Positions 16,240 to 27,267 are shown, numbered from the stretch's first letter. The stretch: 45,205 bases of DNA from Candidatus Altiarchaeota archaeon (GCA_016931955.1 JAFGDV010000036.1:1-45205), one strand, 5' to 3'. Translations and numbers: made by a program. Notes: generated by a model not told the origin, from the sequence alone.

Positions 16240-16890
16240 TCAAGATGACTGCTTCGCCCTCTCACGCTCCTTCTTGGCCTTAACCATCTTCAGACGAACA
16301 AAGCTCTCCCTCTCCATCTCCTCCAAGCGCATCTTGATATAACGCTTCGTATTGTAGAGACGGGGAATCAACACATACTCAAGGGCGTTAACCCTCCTGG
16401 TGGTCTTCTTTATCTCCTCGCCGAGAAGCCTGATCGTTTCCTCTTTCTCAACCAGGTTAAGGACCTGCTTCAGAGCCCGCTCAAATCCATCCACAGACTC
16501 GTCAAGCTTCGAGGAAGTGAAAGCCATATCATACCTCTCCCTGAATCCCTCAGCCCTTGTAAAAACCACCTTTGGGACCCTGACCCCAAAGATGTTCCCG
16601 AATGTTATGTCTATACCCCCCACCTCAGATGTAGAGGAAGAAACAGCCTGAACACTCTTGATGGACATACGAGCCTCAGCATCGATAAGATCCTCATAAG
16701 CGCGGTTGAGGGTCTCTGCCAGTTCCTCCCTGAGACCACCAGCCTGATCAATCCTCTGCAGAAACTCCGTCATCAGAGCGTCTCGTTTCTCCTTCAAGAG
16801 CTTATGACCCTTCACAGCCAGAACGATCCTCTTGTTGATCTCTATAAGCTCCATCCGAGTGGGGTGGACTCCCTCGATGATGTCTGCCAT
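16240..16890 (-). CDS. atpD: A/V-type ATP synthase subunit D
   Basis: PTRMELI..GHKLLKEKRDALM; EIKKTTRRVNALEY.LIP. Confidence 0.97.
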   Translation of the reverse strand: MADIIEGVHPTRMELIEINKRIVLAVKGHKLLKEKRDALMTEFLQRIDQAGGLREELAETLNRAYEDLIDAEARMSIKSVQAVSSSTSEVGGIDITFGNIFGVRVPKVVFTRAEGFRERYDMAFTSSKLDESVDGFERALKQVLNLVEKEETIRLLGEEIKKTTRRVNALEYVLIPRLYNTKRYIKMRLEEMERESFVRLKMVKAKKERERAKQSS

Positions 16891-16892
16891 CT

Positions 16893-18266
16893 TTACTTCT
16901 TGTAGTACTTCTCGATGAACTTAGGATTAATCCTCTTCAATTCCCTTTCAGGTATTATCGAAAGAAGATCCCAGCCAAGGGTCAGCGTGTCCTGAATACT
17001 CCTGTCATCGTCAGTTCCCTGATTTATGAACTCTGACTCGAAGCGCTCAGCAAACTCCAGGAACTTTTGATCCCTCTCAGACAAAGCTTCTTCACCCACA
17101 ACGGCGACCAGATCCCTAAGATCACGGCCTTCAGCATACATCGCATACATCTGATTGCTGACGTCACGGTGATCCGCCCTCGTCCTGCCCTCCCCAATAC
17201 CCTGATTCATCAACCTAGAAAGACAGGGTAATACGTCAATCGGAGGATAGATCTCCTTCCTGTGAAGCTGCCTGCTCAGAACGATTTGGCCCTCGGTTAT
17301 ATAACCAGTAAGATCCGGGATCGGATGAGTTATGTCGTCACCGGGCATCGTGAGGATCGGTATCTGGGTGATGCTACCCTTCTTCTCCTTGATCCTGCCA
17401 GCGCGCTCATAGCTCATAGCAAGATCAGTGTAGAGGTAACCTGGATAACCCCTCCTCCCAGGAACCTCCTCTCTCGCAGAGGATATCTCCCTCAAGGCCT
17501 CACAGTAATTCGTCAAATCCGTCAGGATAACGAGGATATCCATGCCCTTCTCAAACGCCAGAAACTCTGCCGTAGTCAATGCAAGTCTTGGAGTAATAAT
17601 ACGCTCAATGGTCGGATCATCCGCAAGGTTGATGAATGAGACAATCCGCTCCAAAGCGCCCGTCCTTTCAAAGTCCTTCCTGAAGAAGTGATACTCTGAG
17701 GAGGTGATGCCCATGGCTGCAAAGACGATGGCGAACTCGCTCTCCTTGCCAGGGACCTTGGCCTGCCTCGCTATCTGGGCTGCCAATTCGTTATGCGGCA
17801 GACCGGCTGCACTGAAGATCGGCAGCTTCTGCCCTCTTACCAATGTGTTCATCCCGTCGATGGCACTTACCCCTGTCTGAATGAATTCACGCGGAAAGTC
17901 CCTCGATGTGGGATTCATCGGGTAGCCTTCAATATTCCGCCTATCTTCAGGGATCACATCAGACCTGCCGTCTATGGGTCTGCCAGCGCCGTCAAAGATC
18001 CTGCCAAGCATGTCCAAGGAGACATCAATCTTCATGGTCTCCCCCAGAAAGCTGGCTCTTGTATTCTTAACATCCAAACCTGTAGTGCCTTCGAATACCT
18101 GCACCACGGCTTTATCCTCCATTGCATCAAGTACCTGACCAGTCTTCCTCTCCCCCCCACTGATCTCTATCTCCACTACCTCGCCGTAGCTGACATTACT
18201 CACTCCATCCACGATCATCAGCGGTCCTGCAACCTCAACCACGCTGGTATATTCCTTGATTAACAT
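16893..18266 (-). CDS. atpB: A/V-type ATP synthase subunit B
   Basis: [45 protein letters not shown]; start at ATG 18266. Confidence 0.98.
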   Translation of the reverse strand: MLIKEYTSVVEVAGPLMIVDGVSNVSYGEVVEIEISGGERKTGQVLDAMEDKAVVQVFEGTTGLDVKNTRASFLGETMKIDVSLDMLGRIFDGAGRPIDGRSDVIPEDRRNIEGYPMNPTSRDFPREFIQTGVSAIDGMNTLVRGQKLPIFSAAGLPHNELAAQIARQAKVPGKESEFAIVFAAMGITSSEYHFFRKDFERTGALERIVSFINLADDPTIERIITPRLALTTAEFLAFEKGMDILVILTDLTNYCEALREISSAREEVPGRRGYPGYLYTDLAMSYERAGRIKEKKGSITQIPILTMPGDDITHPIPDLTGYITEGQIVLSRQLHRKEIYPPIDVLPCLSRLMNQGIGEGRTRADHRDVSNQMYAMYAEGRDLRDLVAVVGEEALSERDQKFLEFAERFESEFINQGTDDDRSIQDTLTLGWDLLSIIPERELKRINPKFIEKYYKK

Positions 18267-18267
18267 T

Positions 18268-20019
18268 TTAAGCCTCCCCTCCCCCACTCAAGCCTTTAAT
18301 CTTTGCAATGATCTTGTTATATTCTCCATCGAATTTGTCCTCAGGAACGTACTTCATCTTGGCAATATCGTCGACGACATCCAGTTTACTTATCTCCAAC
18401 GACTCCATACCACCTTCCATGGCGATCATTGCCGCCTCATAGAAGTCCATTACTACGGAAAGCATCCTGTACTGTTTCTTCGGTGAACAATAGGTGTCGA
18501 TCTCATGGAATGCATTCTGCTGCAAGAAATCCTCCCTCAGCATCCTGGCAACGTCCAAGACGATCTTCTCCCTCTCAGGTAAGGCATCAGGCCCGACAAG
18601 CTGTACAATCTCCCTCAACTCGGACTCCTTCTGGAGTATCGTCATGGCCTCGACCCTCTTATCCGGGAAGTCCTCTGCTACATTCTCTTTGAACCAGTCA
18701 GTTAATCCTGGAGTGTACAGTGAATAAGAGGTAAGCCAGTTGATCGAGGGAAAGTGTCTCCTATCAGCTAGCTTCGCATCCAATGCCCAGAAAACCTGAG
18801 TGACTCTAAGGGTGTTCTGAGTAACGGGCTCCGAGAAGTCACCGCCAGGAGGGGAGACAGCCCCTATAACGGAGATGGAGCCAATCCTTTCATCGGTTCC
18901 CAGGGTGATGACCCTCCCAGCTCTCTCATAGAATTCAGCAAGCCTTGAAGCCAGGTAAGCAGGGTAGCCTTCTTCGCCAGGCATCTCCTCCAGTCTGCCG
19001 GAGATCTCCCTCATCGCCTCAGCCCATCTGGATGTTGAATCAGCCATCAATGAAGTATTGTAACCCATGTCTCTGTAGTATTCAGCAAGCGTGATTCCAG
19101 TATATACTGAGGCTTCCCTTGCGGCGACGGGCATGTTTGATGTATTCGCTATGAGACACGTCCTCTCCATCAATGGAAGCTTGTTCTTGGGATCCTCGAG
19201 GTGAGGGAACTCGTCCAACACCTCAGTCATCTCGTTGCCGCGTTCCCCGCAACCAACGTAGACAATGATCTCAGCATCAACCCATTTAGCCAGCTGGTGT
19301 TGTGAGACCGTCTTGCCAGTGCCGAAGCCTCCGGGGATGGCTGCAGTTCCCCCCTTCGCCAACGGGAAGAAGGTGTCGAAAACCCTCTGTCCACTTATCA
19401 ATGGAATGTTGCTCTCAAGCTTCTTCTTAAAGGGCCTCGGCTGCCTGACAGGCCAAAACTGTGTGCTGGTAATATCGTGATCCTTACCCCTTTCATCCCT
19501 TATTATGCATACTGTCTCAGTCACATCGAACTTACCATCCTCGATATGCTCCACCGTGCCGCTCACTCTCGGAGGCACCATGATCCTGTTCGTTATGACC
19601 CTAGTTTCTTTTATCTCACCTATTATGTCGCCTTCACTAAGTCGGTCGCCTTCCCTGACCTTGGGCACGAAATCCCACTTCTTCCCCCTGTCAATTGGGA
19701 GAACCACAATCCCTCGGGTTATGTAATCACCGGCCTTATCTCGTATAAGGTTTAATGGACGCTGAACCCCATCATAGATGGACTTAAGAACTCCAGGAGC
19801 CAGCTCAACAGAGAGGGACCTCCCCGTGGATTCAACTGGCTCGTTTGGGGTTAGTCCGGTTGTTTCCTCATATACTTGGATGGACGCTGTATCCCCAACC
19901 AGTTTTATGATCTCCCCAATCAATCCTTCTTCGCCTATCTTAACCAGCTCATACATCCTGCTTCCGCGCATTCCCTTAGCCTCTACCAGAGAACCGGCAA
20001 TTCTTGAAATCGTACCCAT
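18268..20019 (-). CDS. atpA: A/V-type ATP synthase catalytic subunit A (no intein)
   Basis: [10 protein letters not shown]-loop, [21 protein letters not shown]; ATG at 20019 with AGGAG RBS. Confidence 0.98.
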   Translation of the reverse strand: MGTISRIAGSLVEAKGMRGSRMYELVKIGEEGLIGEIIKLVGDTASIQVYEETTGLTPNEPVESTGRSLSVELAPGVLKSIYDGVQRPLNLIRDKAGDYITRGIVVLPIDRGKKWDFVPKVREGDRLSEGDIIGEIKETRVITNRIMVPPRVSGTVEHIEDGKFDVTETVCIIRDERGKDHDITSTQFWPVRQPRPFKKKLESNIPLISGQRVFDTFFPLAKGGTAAIPGGFGTGKTVSQHQLAKWVDAEIIVYVGCGERGNEMTEVLDEFPHLEDPKNKLPLMERTCLIANTSNMPVAAREASVYTGITLAEYYRDMGYNTSLMADSTSRWAEAMREISGRLEEMPGEEGYPAYLASRLAEFYERAGRVITLGTDERIGSISVIGAVSPPGGDFSEPVTQNTLRVTQVFWALDAKLADRRHFPSINWLTSYSLYTPGLTDWFKENVAEDFPDKRVEAMTILQKESELREIVQLVGPDALPEREKIVLDVARMLREDFLQQNAFHEIDTYCSPKKQYRMLSVVMDFYEAAMIAMEGGMESLEISKLDVVDDIAKMKYVPEDKFDGEYNKIIAKIKGLSGGGEA

Positions 20020-20020
20020 C

Positions 20021-20350
20021 TTAATCTCCTTTTCCTTTATCTCCACTACCCTTAGTCGATCTTATCTCAAAGCCTACTGTATCCTTTATCAGCTTTCTTA
20101 TTATATCCTCTCCGCCTCCACTCCTGTCAGGTATCTTTAGTATTATCTTGCCTGCGGACCTGATCTTTTTGATGCGCTCCTCTGCGCTGTCATAAAGCTT
20201 GTTCGTGATTAGGATGATGTCTGCTTCATCCTTTACCTTGTTCAATACATCTATAACGGTCTCTGTGGTTGCAGAGTACGCCTTCTTCACGCCTCCTAAA
20301 CCAAAGCCGGTTGTGGTGAGTTCGTCACCTATCAGACAAAGTCTCGTCAT
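20021..20350 (-). CDS. atpF: A/V-type ATP synthase subunit F
   Basis: [25 protein letters not shown]; position before subunit A. Confidence 0.93.
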   Translation of the reverse strand: MTRLCLIGDELTTTGFGLGGVKKAYSATTETVIDVLNKVKDEADIILITNKLYDSAEERIKKIRSAGKIILKIPDRSGGGEDIIRKLIKDTVGFEIRSTKGSGDKGKGD

Positions 20351-20903
20351 TCTCAGCAAACAATATGGACGCTATCCTTGGTTTAAGTGTCTTCTTCATC
20401 TGCTTCAGCCTGCTTCCAAGGGTGCTGTCTATCCTCAATGTTCCCTCTTTATTAACGATTACGACGCCGAAGTCACCAAGCTCTGCGGCTTCGGCGCCCT
20501 TCAGCAGTTTTTTGTATTCGCCATCAACGAGGATAACAGGATCCTTAACCTCCTTCCTGCCTTCTTCAGCAAGAGCCTCCAGTGTTCTTTTCTTCTCTTT
20601 CTCGTTTAGGTTTAGTATGACACTCCCAGCCTCCTGGAAAACCTCGTCGATGATCCGGTTCTTCTCCGCACAGATCATCTCCTTGACCTGCGTTTTAGCG
20701 TCTGCTACAATCCTCTTCTGGATCATCTCTTTCTCTTTTTCACTGTCTCTCCTGATCTTCTCAGCCTGCTCTCCAGCGCTCTTCTGGAATCCAGCTCGTA
20801 TGCTCTCTATCTCCTTCTGTGTTTCGGCCTCGATCTTCTCAATCTCACTGGCGATGTTCTTCTTGATCTCCGCCTCAAGCTTTTCTAAGCCGATTCTAAT
20901 CAC
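20325..20903 (-). CDS. atpE: A/V-type ATP synthase subunit E
   Basis: GLEKL N-terminus, coiled coil, C-terminal GVVI...G..RIDST...RL...IASILF. Confidence 0.92.
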   Translation of the reverse strand: MIRIGLEKLEAEIKKNIASEIEKIEAETQKEIESIRAGFQKSAGEQAEKIRRDSEKEKEMIQKRIVADAKTQVKEMICAEKNRIIDEVFQEAGSVILNLNEKEKKRTLEALAEEGRKEVKDPVILVDGEYKKLLKGAEAAELGDFGVVIVNKEGTLRIDSTLGSRLKQMKKTLKPRIASILFAENDETLSDR

Positions 20904-21204
20904 CTCTAAGTTCCCTAATGACGAGTTCTATGGCGTCGCCCTTTTTCTTTGACGCCATCGTTTGTATCTTCACGACTTCAGCCTTTCCGGAAGCGATTAT
21001 CCCCTCCGCATCCTCCCTGGCCATCGATTTGGTCCTTTCAAGATCCGACGCTGCTTCTCTCTTCGCCTTATCTACAGCCTGCTGGATTATCTGGGCGCCT
21101 TCGGCCTTAGACTTCGCAATCTTTGACTCCGATTCCTTCTTAGCCGTCTCTACGGCCGCTACAACCTCCTGCTCAACCCGCTTAATCTGCGCTAGGTCCT
21201 TCAT
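20896..21204 (-). CDS. atpH: A-type ATP synthase subunit H (G-like peripheral stalk)
   Basis: 102-aa Ala/Glu/Lys coiled coil (LAQIKRVEQE) heading the operon. Confidence 0.85.
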   Translation of the reverse strand: MKDLAQIKRVEQEVVAAVETAKKESESKIAKSKAEGAQIIQQAVDKAKREAASDLERTKSMAREDAEGIIASGKAEVVKIQTMASKKKGDAIELVIRELRGD

Positions 21205-21404
21205 CTTCCCATGCCTCCTTGTTCAACCCAACCATCGGTGGTTTTTATAGTACTAATATAATGATTTATAATGTAGAATTTGAGCATATAAAATAATAGT
21301 TTAGGATATTAAAAAGTGTTATACATTAATTTATAATAGAAGACGTACAATATTATATACAGGGTGTTATTCAACTACAAAGATAAAAAAAGGAGGTGAA
21401 TGAA
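21205..21404. promoter_or_regulatory. AT-rich divergent promoter region between atpH and atpK
   Basis: Several TTTATA/TATATA boxes on both strands; AGGAGGTGA RBS before atpK. Confidence 0.6.
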
Positions 21405-21632
21405 ATGGAACTAACACCAGAGTTCGCGGCTGCATTGGTCATGGGTTTGTCAGCGATCGGGGCAGGATACGGCATCGGCGTATCAGGTAGTGCAGCAGTA
21501 GGTGCAACAGCAGAGAAACCAGAGACCTTTGGTAAGGTGATGATTTTCGTTGCTTTGGCGGAAGCCGTTGCTATCTATGGATTAGTAGTAGCGTTAATGA
21601 TCATACTGAGAATCGGCGTACCCGTCGAATAA
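21405..21632 (+). CDS. atpK: A-type ATP synthase proteolipid subunit K (c), single hairpin
   Basis: SAIGAGYGIG..G.AA.GA.AEKPE.FGK...ALAEAVAIYGL; ATG at 21405 after the RBS. Confidence 0.96.
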   Translation: MELTPEFAAALVMGLSAIGAGYGIGVSGSAAVGATAEKPETFGKVMIFVALAEAVAIYGLVVALMIILRIGVPVE

Positions 21633-21650
21633 TCGATTAAATCATTCCTA

Positions 21651-21695
21651 TTTCTTATTTTTTATCTAACCTTAGCTGACGCTTTACAGCTTAGG
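21651..21695 (+). terminator. T-tract plus small hairpin between convergent atpK and atpC
   Basis: tttcttattttttat followed by cct-t-agctg...cagct-t-agg. Confidence 0.45.
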
Positions 21696-21705
21696 ATCAA
21701 GGAGG

Positions 21706-22776
21706 TTATAATACAGGCGTCAGTAAGAGCATACCTACCTTCCCAGCAGGCAGACCCTCGCCTATGCCAACAGCGATAGCTCTGAGGTCATCTACCTCCA
21801 TCTCTTTAAGTTTCACGTAGCCGAGAATGAACCCAATCTCAAATGGCTGCTTAGCCATTATCCTTACGCCCTGTTTAGCAAGGTAACGCTTAAGTGATAA
21901 CTCAACAGGCAGCAGAGACTTTGTTTCTGCATAGGTAGCAACAGATTCTTTAATAACCTGCCCATAGGGGGTCTTCAATAGTTTTTCGAGGACACTAGAC
22001 ACGTGCCTCACACCATATTTGTCCAATTCATCTCTTATGACATACCTATCCAAATCCTTCAGGTAATAGCCTCCCCCAGGGATGATAAACCTGCTGGCAT
22101 CGAAGCCTCTCGCCGCAGCCCTCAGCACCGTTATTATATTTGCCCCCTCAATCTCCAAAGAAAGTAACATTGCAGCAGTCTTCCTACCGCCGCCACTGAG
22201 ATATTCGACTGCCTTGCTGAGTTCGGAAAAACAATACTTATCCAACGCAACCAACATATCCAACAGTTCCGGAGACGAAGGCATAAACCTGTCAAGGTTG
22301 CTATATCTCTCAAACAAAGACGATCTTATGTCGTTGAGTGACATATCAGCCAGTCGCTCTAAGAACTCCTCCACACCGCCGCCTGCGAAAAGTTGGCCTG
22401 ATTCCGATGCAGGCAAGACTCCTGTTATTTTATCCGATGGCGTATTACCTGCAAGGGAGTTAAGGACGAATTTAACGTATTCGAGCTCATATTTTTTTGA
22501 GACTGCATTGATAAATGGCCTGCAATCCTTGGGGGATATCATAGAAACCTTCGTAATCGTCCTCAGAAGGTCTATGGTTAGATACTGTTCCACCTCCTGT
22601 GGCGTAATCTTTTCAATCTTGGAGAACAGTTCACCGTAGGGTGTCTGCCTGAGGGACATGATAAATCCTTCCAAGCTGGATGCCCTCGAAAACGAATCGA
22701 TCTCTTTCTCACTCAGGAGAAGGCTTCTCATAACCCTGATCCTCGTATTCGAATATGCATAGTCTGCCAAGCTCAT
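21706..22776 (-). CDS. atpC: A/V-type ATP synthase subunit C (d/AC39)
   Basis: YAYSNTRIRVMRSLLL, TPYG twice, GYVKLKEMEVDDLRAI. Confidence 0.93.
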   Translation of the reverse strand: MSLADYAYSNTRIRVMRSLLLSEKEIDSFSRASSLEGFIMSLRQTPYGELFSKIEKITPQEVEQYLTIDLLRTITKVSMISPKDCRPFINAVSKKYELEYVKFVLNSLAGNTPSDKITGVLPASESGQLFAGGGVEEFLERLADMSLNDIRSSLFERYSNLDRFMPSSPELLDMLVALDKYCFSELSKAVEYLSGGGRKTAAMLLSLEIEGANIITVLRAAARGFDASRFIIPGGGYYLKDLDRYVIRDELDKYGVRHVSSVLEKLLKTPYGQVIKESVATYAETKSLLPVELSLKRYLAKQGVRIMAKQPFEIGFILGYVKLKEMEVDDLRAIAVGIGEGLPAGKVGMLLLTPVL

Positions 22777-22842
22777 TTTCACACTCTTACTTTTTAATAT
22801 CGACAGTATATATTTATTATTCTCCTATAAATTACAGCCAAA

Positions 22843-24855
22843 ATGTTCAAGCCACTGGAGATGAAGAGGATTCGAGTCCTCTTATTGGACAAATACCTGG
22901 ACCGCGTGATGGATGCTATAGGTCAGAAAGGTGCCATCCAGATGACCAAGGTGGAAGGAGGGGATACAGCAACCCCCGAAAGAAAGAAAACACTGGACGG
23001 ATACTCCTACGTGACAAACAGGATCCAGCGTTTAAAGGAGACGCTGAACGTCCAGCACAAGAGGATAGAGAAGGTCCCTCTACCCAAGAAATCAACGGAA
23101 GAGTACCTTAGAGAGATAGAGAAGACAATAGAGGGCATAGAGGCTGAAGCGGTTCCTACATCAGAGAAACTATCCAACCTCGGTGACGAAAGAAAAAAAC
23201 TGCAGGATGACATAGGAGCCTTAGAGGAACTTGAGAGGCTCAATATTGAAGCAAAGTGGCTTGGGACAACGGATCTGCTGTATGCGACTTCTGGATTCCT
23301 CGACATCAAGGACCTCAAGGAACTGAAATCAAGGATAAATAAGGCAACTGATGGGGATTTTATAGTCTTCGCAGACAAAGAAGAGGGTAAAGAAAAAACC
23401 CTCATCGTCATCGCAACGATAAAGGGTGGGAAGGAAGCTGTTGATGGAATCCTCCAGGACCTTAAATTCGAGCCATTCGAAGTAGCTGGTAAAGACATTA
23501 AGGAGGCCAGAGAAAGGCTGAAATCAATAGACGAGGAGAAGAAGAAGCTCCAAGAAGACTTGAACAAGATCAGAGAGAAGTACAGTGAAGACATCCTCGT
23601 TGCCGAAGAGATAGCCCAGATAGAAAAAAGCAGGCAGGAAGCTGTTCTGAATTTCGGCAGAAGTGAGAGGGTTTACGTTCTTGAAGGATGGATTCCCACT
23701 AAAGAGATAAAAAAAATCACAGAGGTAATAGATGACATCTCGAAGGGCTGCTGTGAGGTCAAGATATTTGAGCCAGAATCATACGATGAGATTCCAGTAT
23801 CATTAGACAACCCTAAGCTGATCAAACCCTTTGAGGTCATCATGGACATGTTCGGCATGCCTTTATATACTGAAATAGACCCAACACCCATACTCGCAAT
23901 AACCTTTCCACTATTCTTTGGGCTAATGTTCGGGGATGTCGGCCACGGTGCAGTCATCGCACTACTGGGGTTAGGAATTATAAGGATGAAAAAGGGGGAA
24001 GAATCCGCATGGAAGTTCGGGATGCTACTAGCCTACTGCGGAACTGCGGCAGTGATCTTCGGTTTCCTCTATGGAAGCCTCTTCGGCAACGAAGAGATAC
24101 TATCCCACCTGTATAAAGGATGGAACATCGGCCACCCAGTCCCAGCAGGACACGAGGAGCTGTGGGTTCTCTGGATGAGCCCACCCAATGAAGTGATGAG
24201 TATGATAGGGATTACACTCTTTATAGGAGCACTGCATATGGGGCTTGGGTTGATCGCCAGCACCATAAACAATATCCGCTGGAAGGGAAAGGGTGTTCTT
24301 CTACCATCGATTGCAAAGCTGTGGTTCTTCCTCGGCGAGGTAGCCATCATAACCGTGGCTTTCACTTTTCCGATACCTTTTTTCAATAAACTACCAGAGA
24401 TCATGCCGATGGAAATCATCGTAATCCTTGGTGTTGGAGTACCTGCTGCGGTAATACTCCTCGTCGAACTAACTCATGTGCTCCACCACTTCAGTATAAC
24501 GAACCTGTTGACTACAATAGGCAACGGACTCTTTGAGATCTTTGAGATGTTCTCCATGTTCCTCAGCAACACGATCTCCTACAGCAGGCTTCTCATCCTT
24601 GCAGTAGTCCACGCCATGATGATGGTCGCAATCTATTCAATCGCGGGCATGGAGTTGTTGTCTGGTCTGATAATAGTCGCCCCCCTTATCATAATATTCG
24701 GCAACATCCTAGTCATAGGGCTTGAAGGGCTTGTGGTTTTCATCCACACAATCAGGCTGCACTTCTATGAATGGTTCACCAAATTTTACCAGTCTGGTGG
24801 AATACCGTACACCCCATTCATAGTCAGGAGGAGATACACGACACTAACTGACTAA
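22843..24855 (+). CDS. atpI: A/V-type ATP synthase subunit I (a)
   Basis: MFKPLEMKR, LEGWIP, EIDPT...FGLMFGDVGHG, SNTISYSRL (essential Arg), IRLHFYEWFTKFY. Confidence 0.97.
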   Translation: MFKPLEMKRIRVLLLDKYLDRVMDAIGQKGAIQMTKVEGGDTATPERKKTLDGYSYVTNRIQRLKETLNVQHKRIEKVPLPKKSTEEYLREIEKTIEGIEAEAVPTSEKLSNLGDERKKLQDDIGALEELERLNIEAKWLGTTDLLYATSGFLDIKDLKELKSRINKATDGDFIVFADKEEGKEKTLIVIATIKGGKEAVDGILQDLKFEPFEVAGKDIKEARERLKSIDEEKKKLQEDLNKIREKYSEDILVAEEIAQIEKSRQEAVLNFGRSERVYVLEGWIPTKEIKKITEVIDDISKGCCEVKIFEPESYDEIPVSLDNPKLIKPFEVIMDMFGMPLYTEIDPTPILAITFPLFFGLMFGDVGHGAVIALLGLGIIRMKKGEESAWKFGMLLAYCGTAAVIFGFLYGSLFGNEEILSHLYKGWNIGHPVPAGHEELWVLWMSPPNEVMSMIGITLFIGALHMGLGLIASTINNIRWKGKGVLLPSIAKLWFFLGEVAIITVAFTFPIPFFNKLPEIMPMEIIVILGVGVPAAVILLVELTHVLHHFSITNLLTTIGNGLFEIFEMFSMFLSNTISYSRLLILAVVHAMMMVAIYSIAGMELLSGLIIVAPLIIIFGNILVIGLEGLVVFIHTIRLHFYEWFTKFYQSGGIPYTPFIVRRRYTTLTD

Positions 24856-25083
24856 ATGGAGCTGAAAGATAGTAGAAAGGAGATATTGGTTTCAGGTCTT
24901 GCAAAGGGGACGGAATTCACCGCAGCAGTCGTCGTTTTCATATTTCTAGGCTACTTCTTAGGTTCATTACACAGCGAAACAGGAGGCGTCATTGGAATGC
25001 TCTTAGGCGCCTTAGTCGGTTTCGCCTTAGGTTTATATCTACTGGTGAAGGGGGCTGGTCAGGATGACAAACCAAGTATATGA
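24856..25083 (+). CDS. AtpZ/AtpI ('gene 1')-like 2-TM protein
   Basis: 75 aa; GTEFTAAVVVF.FLGYFL...G.LLG..VG..LG pattern; starts immediately after the atpI stop. Confidence 0.65.
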   Translation: MELKDSRKEILVSGLAKGTEFTAAVVVFIFLGYFLGSLHSETGGVIGMLLGALVGFALGLYLLVKGAGQDDKPSI

Positions 25084-25669
25084 ACTACTAACTGCATTGG
25101 ATCTCACGGAAGCAGTTACCTTGCTCGCTCCCCTCTCCCTCTTCATACTCGGCATCGTTTTCTATTCAATATTCATATTCAGGTTCTACCGGCTACTTGC
25201 GAGAAGAGACATATTCAAGCTGAACCTGCACAGATACGGTAAATCCCAACTCCCATGGCTACAGAAGACCCTAAAAGTGATATTCTACGTGATCGAATAC
25301 GTGATCCTCTTTCCAGTGTTCGCATTCTTCTGGTTTCTTGTTCTCGCTGTATTCCTCTCCTTCCTCTCCAAGGGGCAGACAGCAGAGAACATCCTGATAG
25401 TTTCCATGTCAGTCGTAGCATCCGTGAGGGTGACGGCATACTACAAAGAAGACCTGTCGAAGGACCTCGCCAAGCTGCTCCCATTAGCATTGTTAGGCGT
25501 CTTCCTGGTGGACACACAATACTTCTCTCTTCCAGAGTCCCTTGCAATTATAGCCCAGATACTACAAATGCAGAACACCCTGCCTTACTACCTGCTCTTC
25601 GTGATTGCGCTAGAATTCTCCTTAAGGACGGTTTATAGCATAGTAAAGGCCTTGATGTCAAAGAAGTGA
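25064..25669 (+). CDS. conserved hypothetical membrane protein
   Basis: About 5 TM; FYRLLARRDIF and VRVTAYYKEDLSKDLAKLLP motifs; overlaps the previous gene. Confidence 0.8.
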   Translation: MTNQVYELLTALDLTEAVTLLAPLSLFILGIVFYSIFIFRFYRLLARRDIFKLNLHRYGKSQLPWLQKTLKVIFYVIEYVILFPVFAFFWFLVLAVFLSFLSKGQTAENILIVSMSVVASVRVTAYYKEDLSKDLAKLLPLALLGVFLVDTQYFSLPESLAIIAQILQMQNTLPYYLLFVIALEFSLRTVYSIVKALMSKK

Positions 25670-25670
25670 A

Positions 25671-27266
25671 CTAATCCTTGAGTATCTCCTCTATGATCTT
25701 CGCGTAAGCCGGTCTGGTCACAAAGACACCAATCAATACGCCTATCGAAGTCATGAAAGCGAACCCCTTCAAGGCCTGTATGGAGAACACCGGAAGCATC
25801 ACAGCAATGGTTGTCGCCGCGGCCGTGAAGATGATGAAAAAAGCCCTCCTGATCCTCTCAAGAAGGTTTACGACCTTCCTCTGCTCTCTCTCCCTCCTAA
25901 TCGTCTCGTCTGTGATGACTATCTGGTCATCCACGCCCGTCCCCACGGCAGCGAGTATGCCAGCCACCGCTGGGAGATCAAGCTCCCAGTTCACCAAAGC
26001 AGCTACCCCTAAGATGATGAGGATCTCTGAGAGGCCGGTGATTATCGTAGGTACGACGATGAACAACGCTCTGTACCTGAGGTATATCATAGCAGCCACG
26101 GTAAGGATCGCTATCAAGCCTATGATGAAGCTGTATTCAAGGAACTTCTCGCCCAGGGATGAGGGAAACTCCGATTTAGATTCAACAACGGCCTTCGCAG
26201 GAAGATTCCCAGAACTCAGAAGAATCTTGGTCTCGTCCCTGCTGTTTTTAGCCTCCTCGAATGTGTACTCGCTACCACTTATCTGCGCACTGTACTTGCA
26301 CAGAGTGCATGGATCACACCTCAGCGTAGGTGACGACCTTAAACCTATGAGGTCACGAATCCATTCCTCATACTCCAAACCACTCCGCGGTTTCCTCTCA
26401 GTCATAAAATTATATTCCTCAAATTCATTCCTGACCGATTCAGATACCTGTTCTTCATCTGCTGCAATTATCGCCTTAGTGTAGTTTTTATACTCCATCA
26501 GTATCCTAGGATCGAGGGTATTGTTTTCTACTATGAGGATGGGCATGAGAGAACGATTGCTGATTATGTCCACATATGAATCAGAAATCGACTCCTCTTC
26601 CCTCTCACGTAGTTCAGACAGGATGTCATATGTTGGCTTGTTCATGACAATTATCGTATTCTCCGGTCGGTCTAGGAACATATCAATGGGCCTGCCCTTC
26701 TTATCCCCTCCAATCTCACAGAAGCGTTCACCCCCCTGTCGGGTTAACCTGATTGAGACGTACCAGTTGTAAGGTGGACCGCTGGTTACCGCACTTCCCT
26801 GAGGGCTCAAGTCGACGCTTACCTCAGAGCCTAGTATCGCGAGTTCTCCATCTATCCTGGCCTCGAACCTGGCCTGCTGCTTCAGTATATCCTCTATCGA
26901 TTTAATCTCCTCAGGGGATGCGCTAGCCACCTGCACGAGGATGTAGCGCTCACCCCAAGGCCTCACGGGGATGTCCCTCAAACCCATGGAATTAAGCCTT
27001 CTCTCAAGGATGCCCTTCTCCACCTCAAGTATTCCAGGAGTGATGGTGCCGTTCACCGGCTCCTCCAATCTTATCTGCAGTTGTATCCCACCAGCAAAGT
27101 CGAGGCCGTAGTCGAGACCGTTCCCGAAACCAATGCCCAGAGATTCGCCAGCGCGCTCTTTGTTTACTGGGATCAGGTTAGTAATCAATACCAGGGAAAG
27201 CAAAACAAAGGAGATCAATACTTTTATCCTCCAACTCCGTAAAAGCTTCTTTATCTTCGATTCCAT
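25671..27266 (-). CDS. secD: protein translocase subunit SecD
   Basis: GLDFAGG, ERRLN..GL, LSSGNLP, DLPAVAG..AAVGTGVDDQIVITDE. Confidence 0.95.
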   Translation of the reverse strand: MESKIKKLLRSWRIKVLISFVLLSLVLITNLIPVNKERAGESLGIGFGNGLDYGLDFAGGIQLQIRLEEPVNGTITPGILEVEKGILERRLNSMGLRDIPVRPWGERYILVQVASASPEEIKSIEDILKQQARFEARIDGELAILGSEVSVDLSPQGSAVTSGPPYNWYVSIRLTRQGGERFCEIGGDKKGRPIDMFLDRPENTIIVMNKPTYDILSELREREEESISDSYVDIISNRSLMPILIVENNTLDPRILMEYKNYTKAIIAADEEQVSESVRNEFEEYNFMTERKPRSGLEYEEWIRDLIGLRSSPTLRCDPCTLCKYSAQISGSEYTFEEAKNSRDETKILLSSGNLPAKAVVESKSEFPSSLGEKFLEYSFIIGLIAILTVAAMIYLRYRALFIVVPTIITGLSEILIILGVAALVNWELDLPAVAGILAAVGTGVDDQIVITDETIRREREQRKVVNLLERIRRAFFIIFTAAATTIAVMLPVFSIQALKGFAFMTSIGVLIGVFVTRPAYAKIIEEILKD

Positions 27267-27267
27267 C

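Noticed and set aside
16893-20019. Inteins in ATP synthase A or B
   Set aside because: Both proteins have normal length and continuous motifs.
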